From Botryllus schlosseri (Eukaryota), in assembly GCA_051294905.1 (NCBI GenBank), contig CM119372.1, positions 38,504,001 to 38,568,000 of the forward strand: a stretch of DNA of 64,000 nucleotides, written 5' to 3'. The first letter of the stretch is position 1; the number at the start of each line of letters is the position of its first letter. The translations under genes and the position numbers were made by a program. The notes under the pieces are model-generated. The model searched no databases. It saw nothing but the letters and a program-made list of their open reading frames with translations, and was not told where the DNA came from. Below, piece after piece: positions 1 to 13,343 of the stretch.

Positions 1-428
1 GAGTTTGCAGTCATATCCCGTTCTGTCTGAGATCGCATTGCGCCTGATTCTTCCTTTTCCAACAACATACCTTTGTGAAACAGGCTTTTCAAGCTTGTTG
101 GTTATCAAATCTAAATACAGGAGCAGACTTGATGCAGAAGATGATCTGCGTTGTGCTCTTGCAAAGACTGCTCCAAGGATTTCAGATCTGGCTAAAAAGA
201 AGCAAGCACAGCCTTCTCACTGAACAAATTGTTGTGTTGATAAGTTGATTTGTTATGTTGTTTATTTATTTAGAAGTCAAATTTAATATATAGCCTACTA
301 GTTGCCTACTAGTTAGCTCCAAAAGTGCAGTGAAGAAGGATCAACTCAACTAATTTTATCCTTGGGGTCACCGCAACTTGGCAAATGTTATAAAAGGGTC
401 ACGGCACCAAAAAGGTTGGGAACCGCTG
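1..428 (+). mobile_element. 3' end of a hAT (Charlie/Buster-type) DNA transposon: transposase C-terminal dimerisation region plus right TIR
   Basis: ORF 5..223 reads YPVLSEIALRLILPFPTTYLCETGFSSLLVIKSKYRSRL...QPSH, the typical Buster/ZBED8-like C-terminus. Right end AAAAGGTTGGGAACCGCTG finishes at 428, followed by GGTTAGGG (nnnTAnnn-type target). Left end lies outside the window. Confidence 0.9.
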
Positions 429-1338
429 GGTTAGGGGCTCATACCCACCTTTTCCAACATCGCCAGATTTCAGTTGTTATCGCGCCGGCGACCACTGCCA
501 CTCGCGAATTCGATCTTGACGCCACCGATCTGCTGGAAATATTTGATTGCACGATACCTCAATTGATCAAAGAGAATGGCAGACATGGCGACACTTGTAG
601 GACAATGCATTTTCAAATACACATTGTCATCCTGAAAACGGAGAAATAAACTACTGTGGAAGTGACATTCACAATTACAAATTCAAAATTAAAACGACGT
701 CATCTCATAGTTATCCACGTTCTTGATTGGTAAGTAGCTTTCTAGCCCCCCGTAAAAGTGTAGGTGTGTAGCGCAACGTTAAGTTAGGCCGAATACTTTA
801 GAAGTCGTTCAATATTTAGATTTTCGAAATCAACGCGACTATCACATTGGATTAATATCTAATTCTAAGCTATTTACGATGAGCTGTACTATCACAAGGG
901 AGGCTTTGCCCATCTGTGGTTCATATGTGCTTTACATCTCATTTTGCGCTTCATTTTCGAACAACCAATATGAAAATCCCTTTATTTTAGTAATAAAAGT
1001 GTTCAAAATCTAGTCAGTCATAAACACCGACTAAAAATACCAATAATCATTGAAGGCTTCACGATTTTCCTTCACTCATCCCTGAGGACACGAGAGGAAC
1101 TGCCTCACTTGCCTCCCCTAACCCCACGTCAGTGACGTATCATACCCTGCAGTGGGTATGTACTGCTGTCGTGACCATTGACCATGTTTGGCTCTACATA
1201 CGCATGTGAGGAATGAAATATGGCGCACACTGCGAATTGTGACGTAATATCTGATTGACATGTATGGCTCTTTGGGAGTTATAATTGAAAATATTGGACT
1301 AATATGTCTCTTCGGTCCAAGAAGGTTCCAGAACACTG
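429..1338. mobile_element. Diverged partial copy of the same non-autonomous hAT family as 10669-13699
   Basis: Blocks at ~605-810, ~840-970 and ~1220-1338 align by eye with ~11310-11500, ~13380-13510 and ~13530-13699. Ends in GGTTCCAGAACACTG. Confidence 0.7.
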
Positions 1339-1519
1339 CTGTACACGTAAGGTTGCCAACTCCGGGTTTAAGAGGCTATCGTTTTGTTGTTAGATTGGGT
1401 TAGTGATCAGCTAATGTGATAAGGTAGCGGCAACCACACTTTGATTCCAGATAGAGGCCAATAAATACTAAACCATCCTGTTGACGGGTAAAGGTCAAAG
1501 CTTTTATTGTGATAGTCAC

Positions 1520-2835
1520 TAAGGATGGTGTGAATCCCTGAAAGGTTCTGGTTCGCATGAATGCAAACCTTTTACTTACCAAGGTTTTGTGGGGAAGCGA
1601 GTGGCGCAGTGTGCTAAGAGACACCGTCACGACACCAATGGTTGCTGGTTCGAGTCTCTGCTCTGCCATGTTTCTATGTGTTGGAGGTTTATCTGGTCTC
1701 CGCATCGCCGACCTCGCTGTTGACGCAGTGTCTTGAAAAGCCCAGAAGAAGAGTGAGCCAAGATCGAAAGTCGGCAGCACAGACCTGAAAGTGGACGCAC
1801 GAAACCGAGAGAGAATGAAGTGTGGGAGTGCGTGTGGAAGTGAAAAGTCGTCCTAATTACCAAAGCAAAGACATAAAATGTATTGTTGTGGCGCACAAAG
1901 CCTAAACAGGCGGTACGCGCCACTGTGAAAGTGTATTAATAATAATAATAACAAAGGTTCTGTGCGAACGCGAGCGTGGAACTATGACGTAACGTGACGT
2001 CATATTGCTAATTCAAACCTTACATTTCCGTAAAGTAACATGTCGTACATTGAACAATTGTACATATGAAAACTATAGCGTCGAATCGGCCGCATTATGC
2101 AACAATGGTGAAGTAAATGCCGTCTTTTCAAACGTCACCTAATGAATTCACTGGTACAAGCAAATGCTATGATATTTCCACAAAATCAATATCTTCCGGC
2201 AATTTGTCAAGAATTTTGATGACGACTCGGCTAGACCGCACAAATGTTTTTTCTATGGTGAAACACCGGTCTCCAGTGGCGCCAGGTAATTTCTGAAAAG
2301 CAAGTTATCCAGAAGCGAACATGCTAATCGGACGTATTTGGTAGTCATGATATAAATCAAGATATATCCCGTTCGCCTGATTGATTTTTTACATTAGAGA
2401 TCGATACATTCTTTATATCAATTTCGTTGATGTTAATGATTGATTGGTTTTCTAAGCACAATTCGCTGACTTCCTACATGCAGTGTTGTTTCTTTCTTGA
2501 TATTGTATGATTACGGGCAAGGGTCTCAGCAGAGATTCGCTGATGATTCACAAACGATCAGTTGAATATTCCGAAGCCAATAATTTTCGAGCAAATAATT
2601 TTTTTAATTGGCAACGTGCATGCTCGTTTAGTGCTGAGTTTCTTTTCATGCTGACAGCACCATGCGGAGAGTGCTGGTCCGAAGTTGAATGCAAAGAATT
2701 TCAACAAAAGACGTTATAATGACGTGAAAATTTGTGATATCTCAGGAAGCTTCAAAGTGCAGAACCTAGTAGGTTCGTTTGTGAACGCAGACCTCCAAAC
2801 TTTTCAGGTTCACACACAGAACCCGAACGTTCACT
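1520..2835. mobile_element. Degenerate copy of the TAGGGATGGTGTGAAC hAT MITE family, interrupted by a SINE
   Basis: Starts TAAGGATGGTGTGAATCCCTGAAAGGTTC and is colinear with 39916-40906 apart from the insertion at ~1593-1950. Confidence 0.7.
1593..1950 (+). mobile_element. tRNA-derived SINE
   Basis: Pol III A-box-like TGGCGCAGTGTG and B-box GGTTCGAGTC. Shares GAGGTTTATCT and AAGTCGGCAG with the SINEs at 21001 and 36220. (AAT)n tail. Confidence 0.65.
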
Positions 2836-4039
2836 ACTGATAGTTACCTAGTTACCTGACTGATTTAGTCGCATAAAATGTGGCTGATTCCAACTCGGTC
2901 AATATATTTGCGATACATATGTTGGAGCCATTGTAACCTGTGGGTAGGCAATTGAGATTGGAGTATCGAAATGCAAATCTACCGACCATATGAGAATGGT
3001 TATTTTGCAGTGCCGCAGCAAGAAGATGGGAATTACATCCGGTTGAGTAACTAATTTATTTATTGGCTGCGCGCGACTTTGGCTCTGCTACATCAGGCAC
3101 ATAAGTATTCATCTGCACATGAAAGGGGAAGGTATTACTTTTCAGAACTATACGAATAGTTTACTCGAAGGTTAGCGGAAATCTATACTATTACGCTCAG
3201 TGTATATTGGATTCGAGCCAGATATGAGGAATCAGTTCATATAGTTTGGCTACAAAACTGGTCATTTTGTTTCCTTCAACGTGCCAAACATCCCGCCGTC
3301 GATGGTTGTGTCGGGACTGAAAACAAACTCGCAAAAAATTGAATTGGTTATAACTAGAATTAAATCCGACTGTACCCTCCTGCATGTTTTTCACTAGCTA
3401 TGAAGATTCATATACATTATGCCCGCGTGTCCCGTTCTTTGTCTATTTAGAGCCTTCATGTTGATGGGAACTATGTCTGTCGCAGCGAGTCGAGTATCGA
3501 ACCAAATCGAATATCAGGGCAAATGCTGATTTAGCTGGTCCGCGATACCTTTTAAATTGCAAAATGACTGAAAACGTAATTTGTACGTTTTTTAAACCGT
3601 AGTCGAACCACGAGGCAGTTTCGCTTCCTAACTACTGAAATTTCATGAGTTACATCAGAATGGCGGTCTGGGATAAATTATCCTACTCTGCCAATTCATT
3701 TCAATTGCCTAATTGCCAATAGCTTACTGATACAAACCTAAGGCCTTTTAGAAATGTTTTGTTGGGTTTTGTGAAAAAATAAAGAGTTGAAGTATTAGGT
3801 TCAACCAAGCTGATTTCGAAATCTTTGCAAAACATTTTGGATTTTCAGTCGCAGCGAATTAGTGAAAAGTCATTCGAAATAGAAACTAAGTAAGTCGTTT
3901 CCTTATCTGTACAAATATAGGAATTGAAACCTCGCCGCGAATCCATTTTCTTCCGTGATAAACATAATCATACTACTCCAGAATAACTACAAGATGAGCT
4001 GGTAGATAAAAATGAGTATGGTGGACGTGAAATCTCTAG

Positions 4040-4700
4040 TATTAAATTTGAAGAGACTTTTTGGGGTAGAGAACATTTTGCACAACTTTAAACATTGTAA
4101 TAATATATTCATATCATAAATATATTGAAACCCGAAGCTTTTCGAGTCGACACTCTTCAGGGGTAATCGCCAGCATGAAGAGAATTCCAAAAACTTGCAT
4201 AACTACATTGCATGCATCTAATTGTGACGTCATAGACACGAAAACAACATTGAGTACAGACAAACCGCGAGCGCAGCTAGTGGCCAATTTTTAGCTGAAG
4301 CAAACGCTCCTTCTGCTGGCATAAGCGCGGTTTATGGATCTTAATGAATGTCGATTCCAGTAAGGACAAGTAAAAACGTGTGCGCCCTCTGCCAAAAATC
4401 GCGAATATCTCGTCACTATAGTTTTGGCGCAAGTAGCATGCTCAGCTAAATGCCTGCCAATGGCAGAATTCATTGCCACGGCCTGATTGTGTTCCAACAC
4501 CCTTAGGTCGGTTTCAGTTTCAACGGCCTGTTCCCGAGAATTGAATGTACGTAGTTTAATAACAGGCGGTACATGTTGTTTGATTGGTTCCTGAAAGCGC
4601 TGAGTTATTCTTCCTACGTACCGACAATCACAGTGGCACTTAAAGTCGTAAATTGTGTTGCTTTGTTGACAGGCGGGAAGGACATCTTTACGGGTTGCAT
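4040..4700 (-). mobile_element. Penelope-like retroelement 3' fragment (GIY-YIG endonuclease remnant plus pseudo-LTR)
   Basis: Minus strand translates RKDVLPACQQSNTIYDFKCHCDCRYVGRITQRFQEPIKQHVP...SAIGRHLAEHATCAK, and after a frameshift LESTFIKIHKPRLCQQKE. This matches the Penelope GIY-YIG pattern (IY..F.C.C...YVG.T). Confidence 0.88.
4130..4164 (-). ncRNA. Minimal hammerhead ribozyme motif in the Penelope pseudo-LTR
   Basis: Minus strand ACCC-CTGAAGA-GTGTCGACTC-GAAA-AGCT-TC-GGGT: intact CUGANGA and GAAA core, stem I ACCC/GGGT, palindromic stem III AAGCTT, NUH site UUC. Confidence 0.7.
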
Positions 4701-7700
4701 GACATGAATATATTATTAAACTGTATAGTGATAAATCAGTTTGTCAATTTTAGTGCCATGTATGTTGCGATCATAGCCAAAGGTGTCGGCAGATGCTTTA
4801 CGCAGTAATATTACATTCGCCACCACTTATCTCTGGGAAAATGGAAAATGCGGCTAGTCAGGTGATAACCGGGAAATCGTTTAGTTGAATAAACAACAAC
4901 AATAATGTCAATCTATTTTCAAGACACGACCACGAATTAGCTGCAGAATTCGCTCTGAGAAATAAGTCGCAATTTCTACGTATAGTGTTTTATTTTCAAG
5001 GAAAGTCATTTGTTGCTGATAGATGACGACGGGGGACCACGGGGTTCGTAACAGTCGAATAGGGTTCCGGGAAGACATAAAGGTTGAAAACCACCGCTCT
5101 ACAGGAATTATAATTTCGACCCTGTCTGCCACTGTAGGTTCCCTCAACCCCAACTTGGCGTACCACGGCATCCGAAATACATTTTTTTTTAAAGGAAATA
5201 CATTCTCATAGTCATAGAATCAATATTTTGGTAGTGATCGACCCGTAGCATGTCTCAAAAGCGCCATAAAATGAGTACGCTAAGGAATAACGAATTATTT
5301 TTTCCATCGCATGAAAGATGCATATATGACTATTATACGTCACTTACTACACAAAAATGAGTGCAACAAGACTACTCGAGCGTAACACTCGATTAGGGAT
5401 CGAATCACTCATATATATTTGATTTTGCCAAGCCCTATAGTAGGAACGTGTATTAGTATTACCAGTATACATTGTCGTTCACAATTGTGACAAAACCAGA
5501 TTGTCGTGGCGAAAAGTAATTCATTATATGAAGACATGTGCCTAAATAGGATTACGTTGAATACTGCTGCGTAATGAAAGATGTACCAGTCGACCTCGAA
5601 TGAGTCGTACCATGGGGAATTCGTTACTGGGATTATTCAAATCAGGGTTTCCGAAATGATATCGAATTACGTCAGTTACGACTGGGGTCGAATGGGTATA
5701 CAACATTAGGAAATTCAGTATGCGGTTGTCGATGTGTAATGTTCCAATATTAGCAATTCGTAGCATTTATAAATAAGTGAATGTCAAAATAGATCCACAA
5801 TATCTTGACTGACTCCTGTACTCGACAGCAATTTTCTGATGAGTCACAGCTAACGACTGCATGTGATAGGGTGATTTGAAAGCGTGCATAATGGAATGGC
5901 ATTCGATGAGGCGTGTTTGTAACTGTCAACGGGTATAAGTAAAATAATATAAAATATTTGGTACAACCACCAGTTAATTAAACATTTCATCATTTCAAAA
6001 GGCACAAGATTGATATAACAGAAAAAGATAATAAGTAAGGTATCGTAACGACTTGAAGTATTCGTTCATTCCAACACGCTCTTGATTGTTCTAAAACATG
6101 AAAATAAGAGGAATGAACAGCTGATAGCATAAATAGGATGAGAGATGAAAATGAAGTTGCAAGTGTCGCTTGGTGAAGTATAGATATGTCAGATCGCGGC
6201 CCAGAAATCTCGAGCACTGATTAGTATTACTTCATTGTTGGATTGCATACGGCATAAAGTTCCAGACTCCACAGTCGTATCAATCGAACTTGCTACAACG
6301 ATTGTTCCTCCTCCTCCTGTAAGTTCCGAACTTGCGTGCGTATTTGTAAAAAGTTTCGGTTGCAGCCATTGGGTACATTCGAGTAAGTGTAACGGGTAGG
6401 TAGCTAAATGAGATTGAAGTATTGCAAAGCTGCAGTACCACATGAGTACTGTTATGTTGCAACGCTGCTGAACGTAGATGAGAATTGCGTCCGGTTGTTT
6501 TACGAATACTACTTTAGGCAGCTCACTACTATGGTGGTCTCGCATCGTGACGAACATGCACTCTGAACGCATATGAATGAGTAGACTATATATTACTAGA
6601 GCTGAGTTACACATATGATCAGGGTAGGTCAAATAATTTAACCTTGTGGCTCAACTTCAAGTAGAAGTAATGCCGTGTATTTATACTTAATCGCGAGTAG
6701 AAGTAGCAATTTCAAATATATGTCCAACTACCTTGAGGGAAAAAATAAAGATGCAACCTGTTTTCCAATAAGTCGTTCAATAGTAGATTTGGTCGATACA
6801 TGACCGAAACAGCACTTCGTCAGCCACCCAAATTGTTGGTCTTAGGTCAAAATAGGGTTTTAAACCAAACATCTGGGGGATTTGCCCCCAGACCCCCTAC
6901 CAGGCTCTCCGTTTTTACCGCTGCTTATCAGTAAGATCTGCAGTACTGTTCCGCGATTTAATCGGCCAATATGATCGGGTATTGTATATATATTGCCATC
7001 AATTTTTTTATTCTCTCTCCTCGCGTAATCCGATTTACCGGCAGAGCTGTGTGAGATGTCTTGGCAGGCGCCCGCAAATAGTATTTGAACTTATTCGGGC
7101 AGGACCCGTTGGTATGATGATGTCGTTACATGATGTTATTTCGTCAACTCTTGTCTTCTATGTTAAAAGATATTGAAATTGAAATTTGTGGTAATTCACG
7201 AAATAGGTTTGCGGGGTTTGGGGTGCGGCAGTTACGGTCGTGGGTCGATAAATCCGTGAGCAGATAGTCGGAGGTGGACACTTTCGAAATTGCAGGATGT
7301 ATCTTCCCGATTATCATAGAATGATCACTGGCAATAGCAATACGTACACGTATTACATATATATTCAGTTACCGTGATACAGTTCTTCTTCGGCCCAGCT
7401 GTGAAGAACATTGCAGTCACAAAAGTGATGCAAACATATCACAAAACCTCATTCAAAGTATAGAAAGTAAGTAGGGTAGCCTAGAAAACTGTTGAGTAGA
7501 AATGGATGTAGTCTGAAAACCTAACCATATGAGGAAGTAATACAAGTAGGCATAAGCTACTTGAGTACTTGAGTACTTGAACACTATAAAAATGTAGAAG
7601 CATACTTCGGAACTGACCTCCCAGCTTATAATTTATTCAATTCTTAGAGGGTATGTCCATACTCTATACTTCGGCTAATAGTGTCTCGAATTTAAGTCAG

Positions 7701-8944
7701 TTACTAAATATAATTTCAAATATATTGAGTATGCGTACCGTATATGTCTGGAGTATATGCTCAAAAGTCCATGAAATTCAAGAGTAATATCGTATTAGTT
7801 GACAATAGTGTGTCTCATATGTCTGGTGCTGTTCTTGTTATGGAACGAAATAAAGGTGTAGCGAATTGAAGTAGACATGAAATTTGCATGTTGGGAATCG
7901 GTTGGGTAGGTTTCAAATCACATCACACCACGCCTGATCTATTTTAAAACGAATCCCATCACTACTTCGTCATTTTGCTCAACCTAATTCGTTGAATACT
8001 GATCAGCGTTGACAGTTCAATATTTACTTCAACCTCAAAAATATTTGGTACAACTCTTATGTCATTACTTATCGACGGTTATGGGTAGGTAGAAAATCGA
8101 ACCATTTCTTCTCATTCGGTAGAATGCATGTTTTGTCGGCGATATTCCATTCTACAAGATGGCAACGCTCTAATTACCTTCTAGAAATGTAATACGCCGT
8201 ACAAGATTACCGTCGCGTAGAAGCGAGTCGATTCACGTACGAACACACAGTAGCAAGCACGTTGAAAGTTATGGCATGACAGCATCTCTCACATTACGTA
8301 TGGTCTGAGTGTTCGTAACAGCTTCCGAACTGTATTCGAAATAGGTTACCAGCAATGTATCATTTTTACGCACATCGTTTGTAATGTACAACTCAAGTAC
8401 CAAGTCAACTGCGCATGAGATCGGCCATTTGACGCAATTATAAAAGCAGCATACGTGTTGAAAATGTCATGTATGTCCTCGAAATCTTACCGCGGTCTTC
8501 CAACGCATACCAAGCCACTGCTATCGAACCATTGCTGGCTCATCTGAAGCTTCGTATTAATCAGCTTTCGTGGAATACGCATCTTAGCTGTAGTCGTGGG
8601 AAACTTTGTGCATATCTTCTTGTTGACACCATTGTTCAATGTAACCCATAGTTCGAAAAAAAATGGTTGAATCATATGAAAGTCACGTATTTAGTGTCAA
8701 GGTAGAGAAACCCATAGTGTATTTCTAGCGTTTAAGGTCTATTGCAATGCAAAGCACTATTCTATCAGAATATGTTTGACTTCCCACTCGTTTTTACCCC
8801 CTAGGAATGGCATAAACACGCATACTGTATCTCGATTTACAAAAGGGACGAAGTGGGAGAGCTGCGAAAGTCTTTTTATTCTCCTAGTCGAATCGTCGAT
8901 AAAGCATGGATGTGTTAGAATAGTCATGGCTGCCTGGGAAAATT

Positions 8945-9913
8945 TAGGGATGGTGTGAACGTGAGGTTCACGTACGTTTTCTGTGTGTGAACCTCGGAAA
9001 TTTAGAGGTTCACGTTTTCAAACAAACCTTATTAGGTTCTGCACTGTGAATTTTTTTCATATATTACAATTTTCACGTCAATATAACATCTTTGTTTGAA
9101 ATTTATTGCATTTGAACTGCGGGTCACTCTATGCATGGCGCTGGCAGCATAAAAATTCAACAGTAACCGAGCATGCACCTGGACAATCTGAAAATTTTTA
9201 CCTGCTCTGTTACAAAAGTTTGCTCGAAATATCCAGCTTTCTATTTATGAATATTTAGTGACTCTATGCTGTAAGCTTGACCCGAAATCACACAACATCA
9301 AGAGCGAAATACACAACAAGTAGGTAGTCTGCGAATGATGCTCATTCAACCAATCGATGAAATTGATATCGTTATCTGATGTAAAATTTCTAGCCAGCGT
9401 ACGGGACCCGTCTCGATTTCATATATTTATTGTATCATAAATACCAAATCCGTTCGATTGGGGTGTTGGCTACTGGTGTATAACTTGTAAATGGGGTATT
9501 ATCGTTTTACACTCTGCTCAATATCAGCGTATCAATACTCAGACGCAGAATACATTTTCCGGTCTGGCCTAGACCGTTAGGGCGTAAGCTTATATTCATT
9601 TGCAAGTCCTCATCGAAATTGGTGGCAAAGCGACGGAAGATATTGATTTTATGGGATTATTATATCATATGATTGCTCCAGTTGATACATTTGGCGACGT
9701 TTGAAAATTGAGTATGTTCTTCAGCATCGAGGCTTTATGTGGCCCGAGTCGTCGCTAGGTATCGTGTACATTATTATACCTTACTTCATTGATCTGTATG
9801 GTTTGAATTAGCAATATGACGTCACGAGGTTCACGTTCGTGATCACACAGAACCTTTCAAAACGGTTCGCGTTCACTCGAACCAGAACCTTTCAGAGGTT
9901 CACACCCTCCCTA
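8945..9913. mobile_element. hAT MITE, TAGGGATGGTGTGAAC family
   Basis: TIRs TAGGGATGGTGTGAAC / GTTCACACCCTCCCTA. Inverted homologue of 39916-40906. TSD only approximate (GAAAAT on both sides). Confidence 0.85.
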
Positions 9914-11161
9914 GAAAATATAGGTATAACGAATGACGAAATTCAAGTATTCATTATGATTTCCAAGACAACTTAAAGTGTGTGTCACAGAAATATATAT
10001 TGAAGGATATTGACGTACTTGAGAAGCATTTCTGGGTCGTTTCGGGTTGTGTGTCGCATAAACCGATTAATCAGTAGCTCGCGAAAGAGTTTATGGGGCA
10101 GAAGTCTGTAGGTGGCTACGTTTTTCTGGGAATTCGATAATATGCATGATAAACAAATATAGCAATGCAAGTTTTCACCTATATAAAAATTATGCAGATC
10201 CATTCGAATGATATTTATACTTTATCTAACATAGTGAATAAGATATAGTAAGTAAGCTTTGGTAGTCCAAATAGTAATAATCCGTTTAGTATGGCGAAGA
10301 AAACACAATGTATTATCAGAATCTATATGTCAGACATAGCCAAGAGTTCGTTAAACGATAATGTTAATGGGTTAATTTGAAGCTGCAGTAGCAAAGGAGT
10401 TAACGCGCAATAGAGTCAAAGATGCTGTAACAAAGGGGCGAAAATTTTGAATTCTTAGGCACTATTTGAGAACAGAGGCATATAATACGCGGAGCGATAT
10501 CGTCTAATTTTGAATACTGAGATACGCTGCTGTACTTCTGGCTTTCAGACTTGAAAGCTTCTGCTGCTTGGCTATACGACAGCAGATTCTTATTCGGTAT
10601 CAAATGCAACAAGTGCAAAAGGGTGTTAAATACCATTCATTTCGCCACTGCAATATTTGATTGGGTTACAGTGGTCGGGAACCTATGGCTCGCGAGCCAT
10701 ATATGGCTCTTATGGGTATAAGATATGGCTCTTTGTCAAATATTTATTTTTGTACTGAATTGATCAATATCGCAGCGACTTGTTGCTAAATTTTCATCAC
10801 GGCCAAAAGAACTATTCTCGTGGCAGTATAAACATGTATTTTAGAGGTAAAGACAACGCCGTCTTCAGGTTTAGGGGCTTGGACCCCCTCTCTTCAAAAT
10901 CATCAAATTTAAGTTACTGTCACGCCGGTGGCCAATATCACTCGCAAATTCCATGCGCCAATATTGTTTGTGATATACTGGAGCCGAATCTCGGCACTTG
11001 TTAATTGGCACGCTAATGATTAGTTCTCTGATTGCGCCGTTTATTTAATTGCCTGACATAACGACTCCGTGCTGTTAAAATGTCTCTTCTGTAATAAACG
11101 TTTATCGTGTGGCGACATCGTTTCATGGTGCAACAGGGAGTAAAGGTTCTGTATCCTGGCG

Positions 11162-11204
11162 TGGTGGCAGCGATGGGATTCGAACCCACGCCATTGAAAT
11201 GACT
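11162..11204 (-). pseudogene. Retrocopy of the 3' half of a mature tRNA-Leu including CCA
   Basis: Minus strand AGTCATTTCAATGGCGTGGGTTCGAATCCCATCGCTGCCA-CCA: long variable arm, T arm, acceptor 3' strand and CCA. Flanked by the direct repeat TCCTGGCG (11154-11161, 11222-11229). Confidence 0.8.
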
Positions 11205-12045
11205 ATACTATAACTCAAACCTCCTGGCGATGTATCCGAATCGAAATCATGAATTGTGCGATATGTTGAGTCGAAGAGCACAGCAGATGTGGCGCAGCCC
11301 GTTTCAAAACGCAGTTTTCAAATACGCATTGTCTTCCTGATCTACGGCGCGAAATGAACTGTTGTGGATGTGACATTCACAATTACAAACTCGAATTACA
11401 AACAACGCCATAACTATCCACGTTCCGTTAGCTCCACGTTCTGTGTAGGTTAAAATTTATGCGTGTAGCGCAACGTTATGTTACCGCCGAATGCTTTGAG
11501 AATGGAGAAGTAGATAAGTATTTAGGGCGGAGATAATGAAGTTGGATTAGCAATAAAAGTCGACTATCGCGTTCGTCACGATTTATCAACCCAGGATTAA
11601 GGAAACCGGTTGATCGCAGCGCATAAAGTTAGTGTCAATCTCTTGATTTGTCAAACCGGAACAAACTATAGATAACTTGTTATCGATAAAAACTGCTTAC
11701 CATTCCTAAGCACAAATATTTCCGATAATGATCCTGCCGATGGTCTCCTAGGTAATAGCTTCACTAATTATGTACCCGCCATTGCAGAGCGATACCAATA
11801 TTCTATAATCCAGTTCTTAGCTGTACCGAACGAATTGGACACGACCTTCATTTCGAGATGATGATAATTCGACGTATTACAGTGGCAGTGTCGCTATCAG
11901 CAGGCTGCTGTTTCATTCAACAAATTTACAACTGATGGACTTGAACGAGTTTTCGCGTTATGATGCAACAGATAACGCCACTTGATTGAAAACTCGGGAA
12001 ACCTCGACCAACCATCGGGCGTAACCTTTCCATCTTGATGAGTCG

Positions 12046-12186
12046 CGATTAGCAGTATTTAATCACACGATTAGCAATATTCCGGATCAGCTAACTTTAT
12101 TATCTCCGCCTGAGATGCGTCCCGATTAGCAGTTTTTAATCACATGATCAGCATTCTCCCGGATCAGCTCACTTTATTATCTACGC
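12046..12186 (+). repeat. Local tandem duplication, ~77-bp period, 2 copies
   Basis: CGATTAGCAGT.TTTAATCACA.GAT.AGCA...CCGGATCAGCT.ACTTTATTATCT.CGCC occurs twice. Confidence 0.8.
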
Positions 12187-13343
12187 CAGAGGTGGGCAAA
12201 CTTTTGAGCACGCGGGCTGCATTCAACATCTGAATCCACTCGCGGACCGCACTATATAAAATTGGAATATAAACCAAAACGCAACATTGGTATTTGATTA
12301 TATAGTGAGGACATGGAGATAACATATGTGCTTATTTAAAACAAAACAAACATTGCTTTGATGATACCGTACACGGGTCAGAAAGATAGTGGCTAGATTT
12401 CATAGGCTGGTCGACTTCAATAACCAATTTGTCAAAGCTATAGAGATGAAAGTCGGTTGTTCCGATTCTTAGAACAGGATTAAAATTTAAATCTGTGAGC
12501 AGCGATCTGTTCATAGATTTAGTAATATCACTTATGGTTCAGTTCCAGGACACGCAATGCTCACAGAATCATAACAATGTTAGCTTCAAACACGCTTATA
12601 CTATGTCTAGATAAAATATAAATCCCCAAGTCTACGCATAAAGAGAACGAATCCATTTAAGACACGCGCGAATCGGTTTTTATAAGCACATCACTGAAAT
12701 AATGAAAACTGGAGTGGCTAACCTGAAATCCCACTCGTGATCCGAATTATGTCAATCTCGTTTAGGATTTCTGTGTTGTTTAGCAATTGAAACCTTTCAA
12801 ACTGTGTGGGCCTTGAGATCGGGCTGTCGCGCCCGAAATTAAACGTAAAAAATATTATAGGTAGTATCTACCTTAGAACGGTGGTTCTGAAACTTTTTAA
12901 GACACGACCCCCCCCCCCCCTTATGATGGTGAAAGATTTCGCGTCCCCTTATCGTCATATCACAAAACGCAACCAGGCTGCTAGCAACTTAATAAATAGC
13001 TTGATGGCATGGAAGGTTACGACTATGGATGAGAGATTTCTAAATGTGAAATCCAGACTAAATAAAGAGCAACCACCATGAATTTGTCGGTAAATCGCGC
13101 GGAACGCGAAAATTTTTTCAGTTGAGCTCAGCATCGCGCCCCACTTCTGATGCTTTCACGCACCCCAGTTTGAGAACCACTGTCTTAGAATTATCTTTGT
13201 GAAATATACTAAGAAATAGTTTAATAAAGTCCCTGCTTTATATCGATATTTGGTACGCATTCTATCAATATTTTTTAAAAGTTTCTTTAGACTCTCGCGG
13301 GCCGCACAGAACGGTGCTGCGGGCCGTAGTTTGCCCACCCCTG
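12187..13343. mobile_element. hAT Charlie-type MITE nested in 10669-13699
   Basis: TIRs CAGAGGTGGGCAAAC / GTTTGCCCACCCCTG. TSD ATCTACGC / ATCTACTC (7/8). Confidence 0.85.
12879..13182. mobile_element. Small Charlie-type MITE, third nesting level
   Basis: TIRs CGGTGGTTCTGAAACT / AGTTTGAGAACCACTG. TSD CCTTAGAA / TCTTAGAA. Same family as 30489-32137. Confidence 0.85.

Larger units (their letters stand above)
3530..5097. mobile_element. Charlie-type hAT MITE (family of 21277-21961 and 27040-27798), split by a Penelope insertion
   Basis: ~3530-4010 and ~4735-5097 align with the other two copies. Ends GGTTGAAAACCACCG. Confidence 0.6.

Noticed and set aside
5990..6632. Minus-strand hydrophobic ORFs as a second GPCR remnant
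   Set aside because: No class A motifs and no consistent reading frame.
11162..11204. Functional tRNA gene or LTR primer-binding site
   Set aside because: The 5' half and anticodon arm are missing; the match is far longer than a primer-binding site; no LTR end (CA) precedes it.
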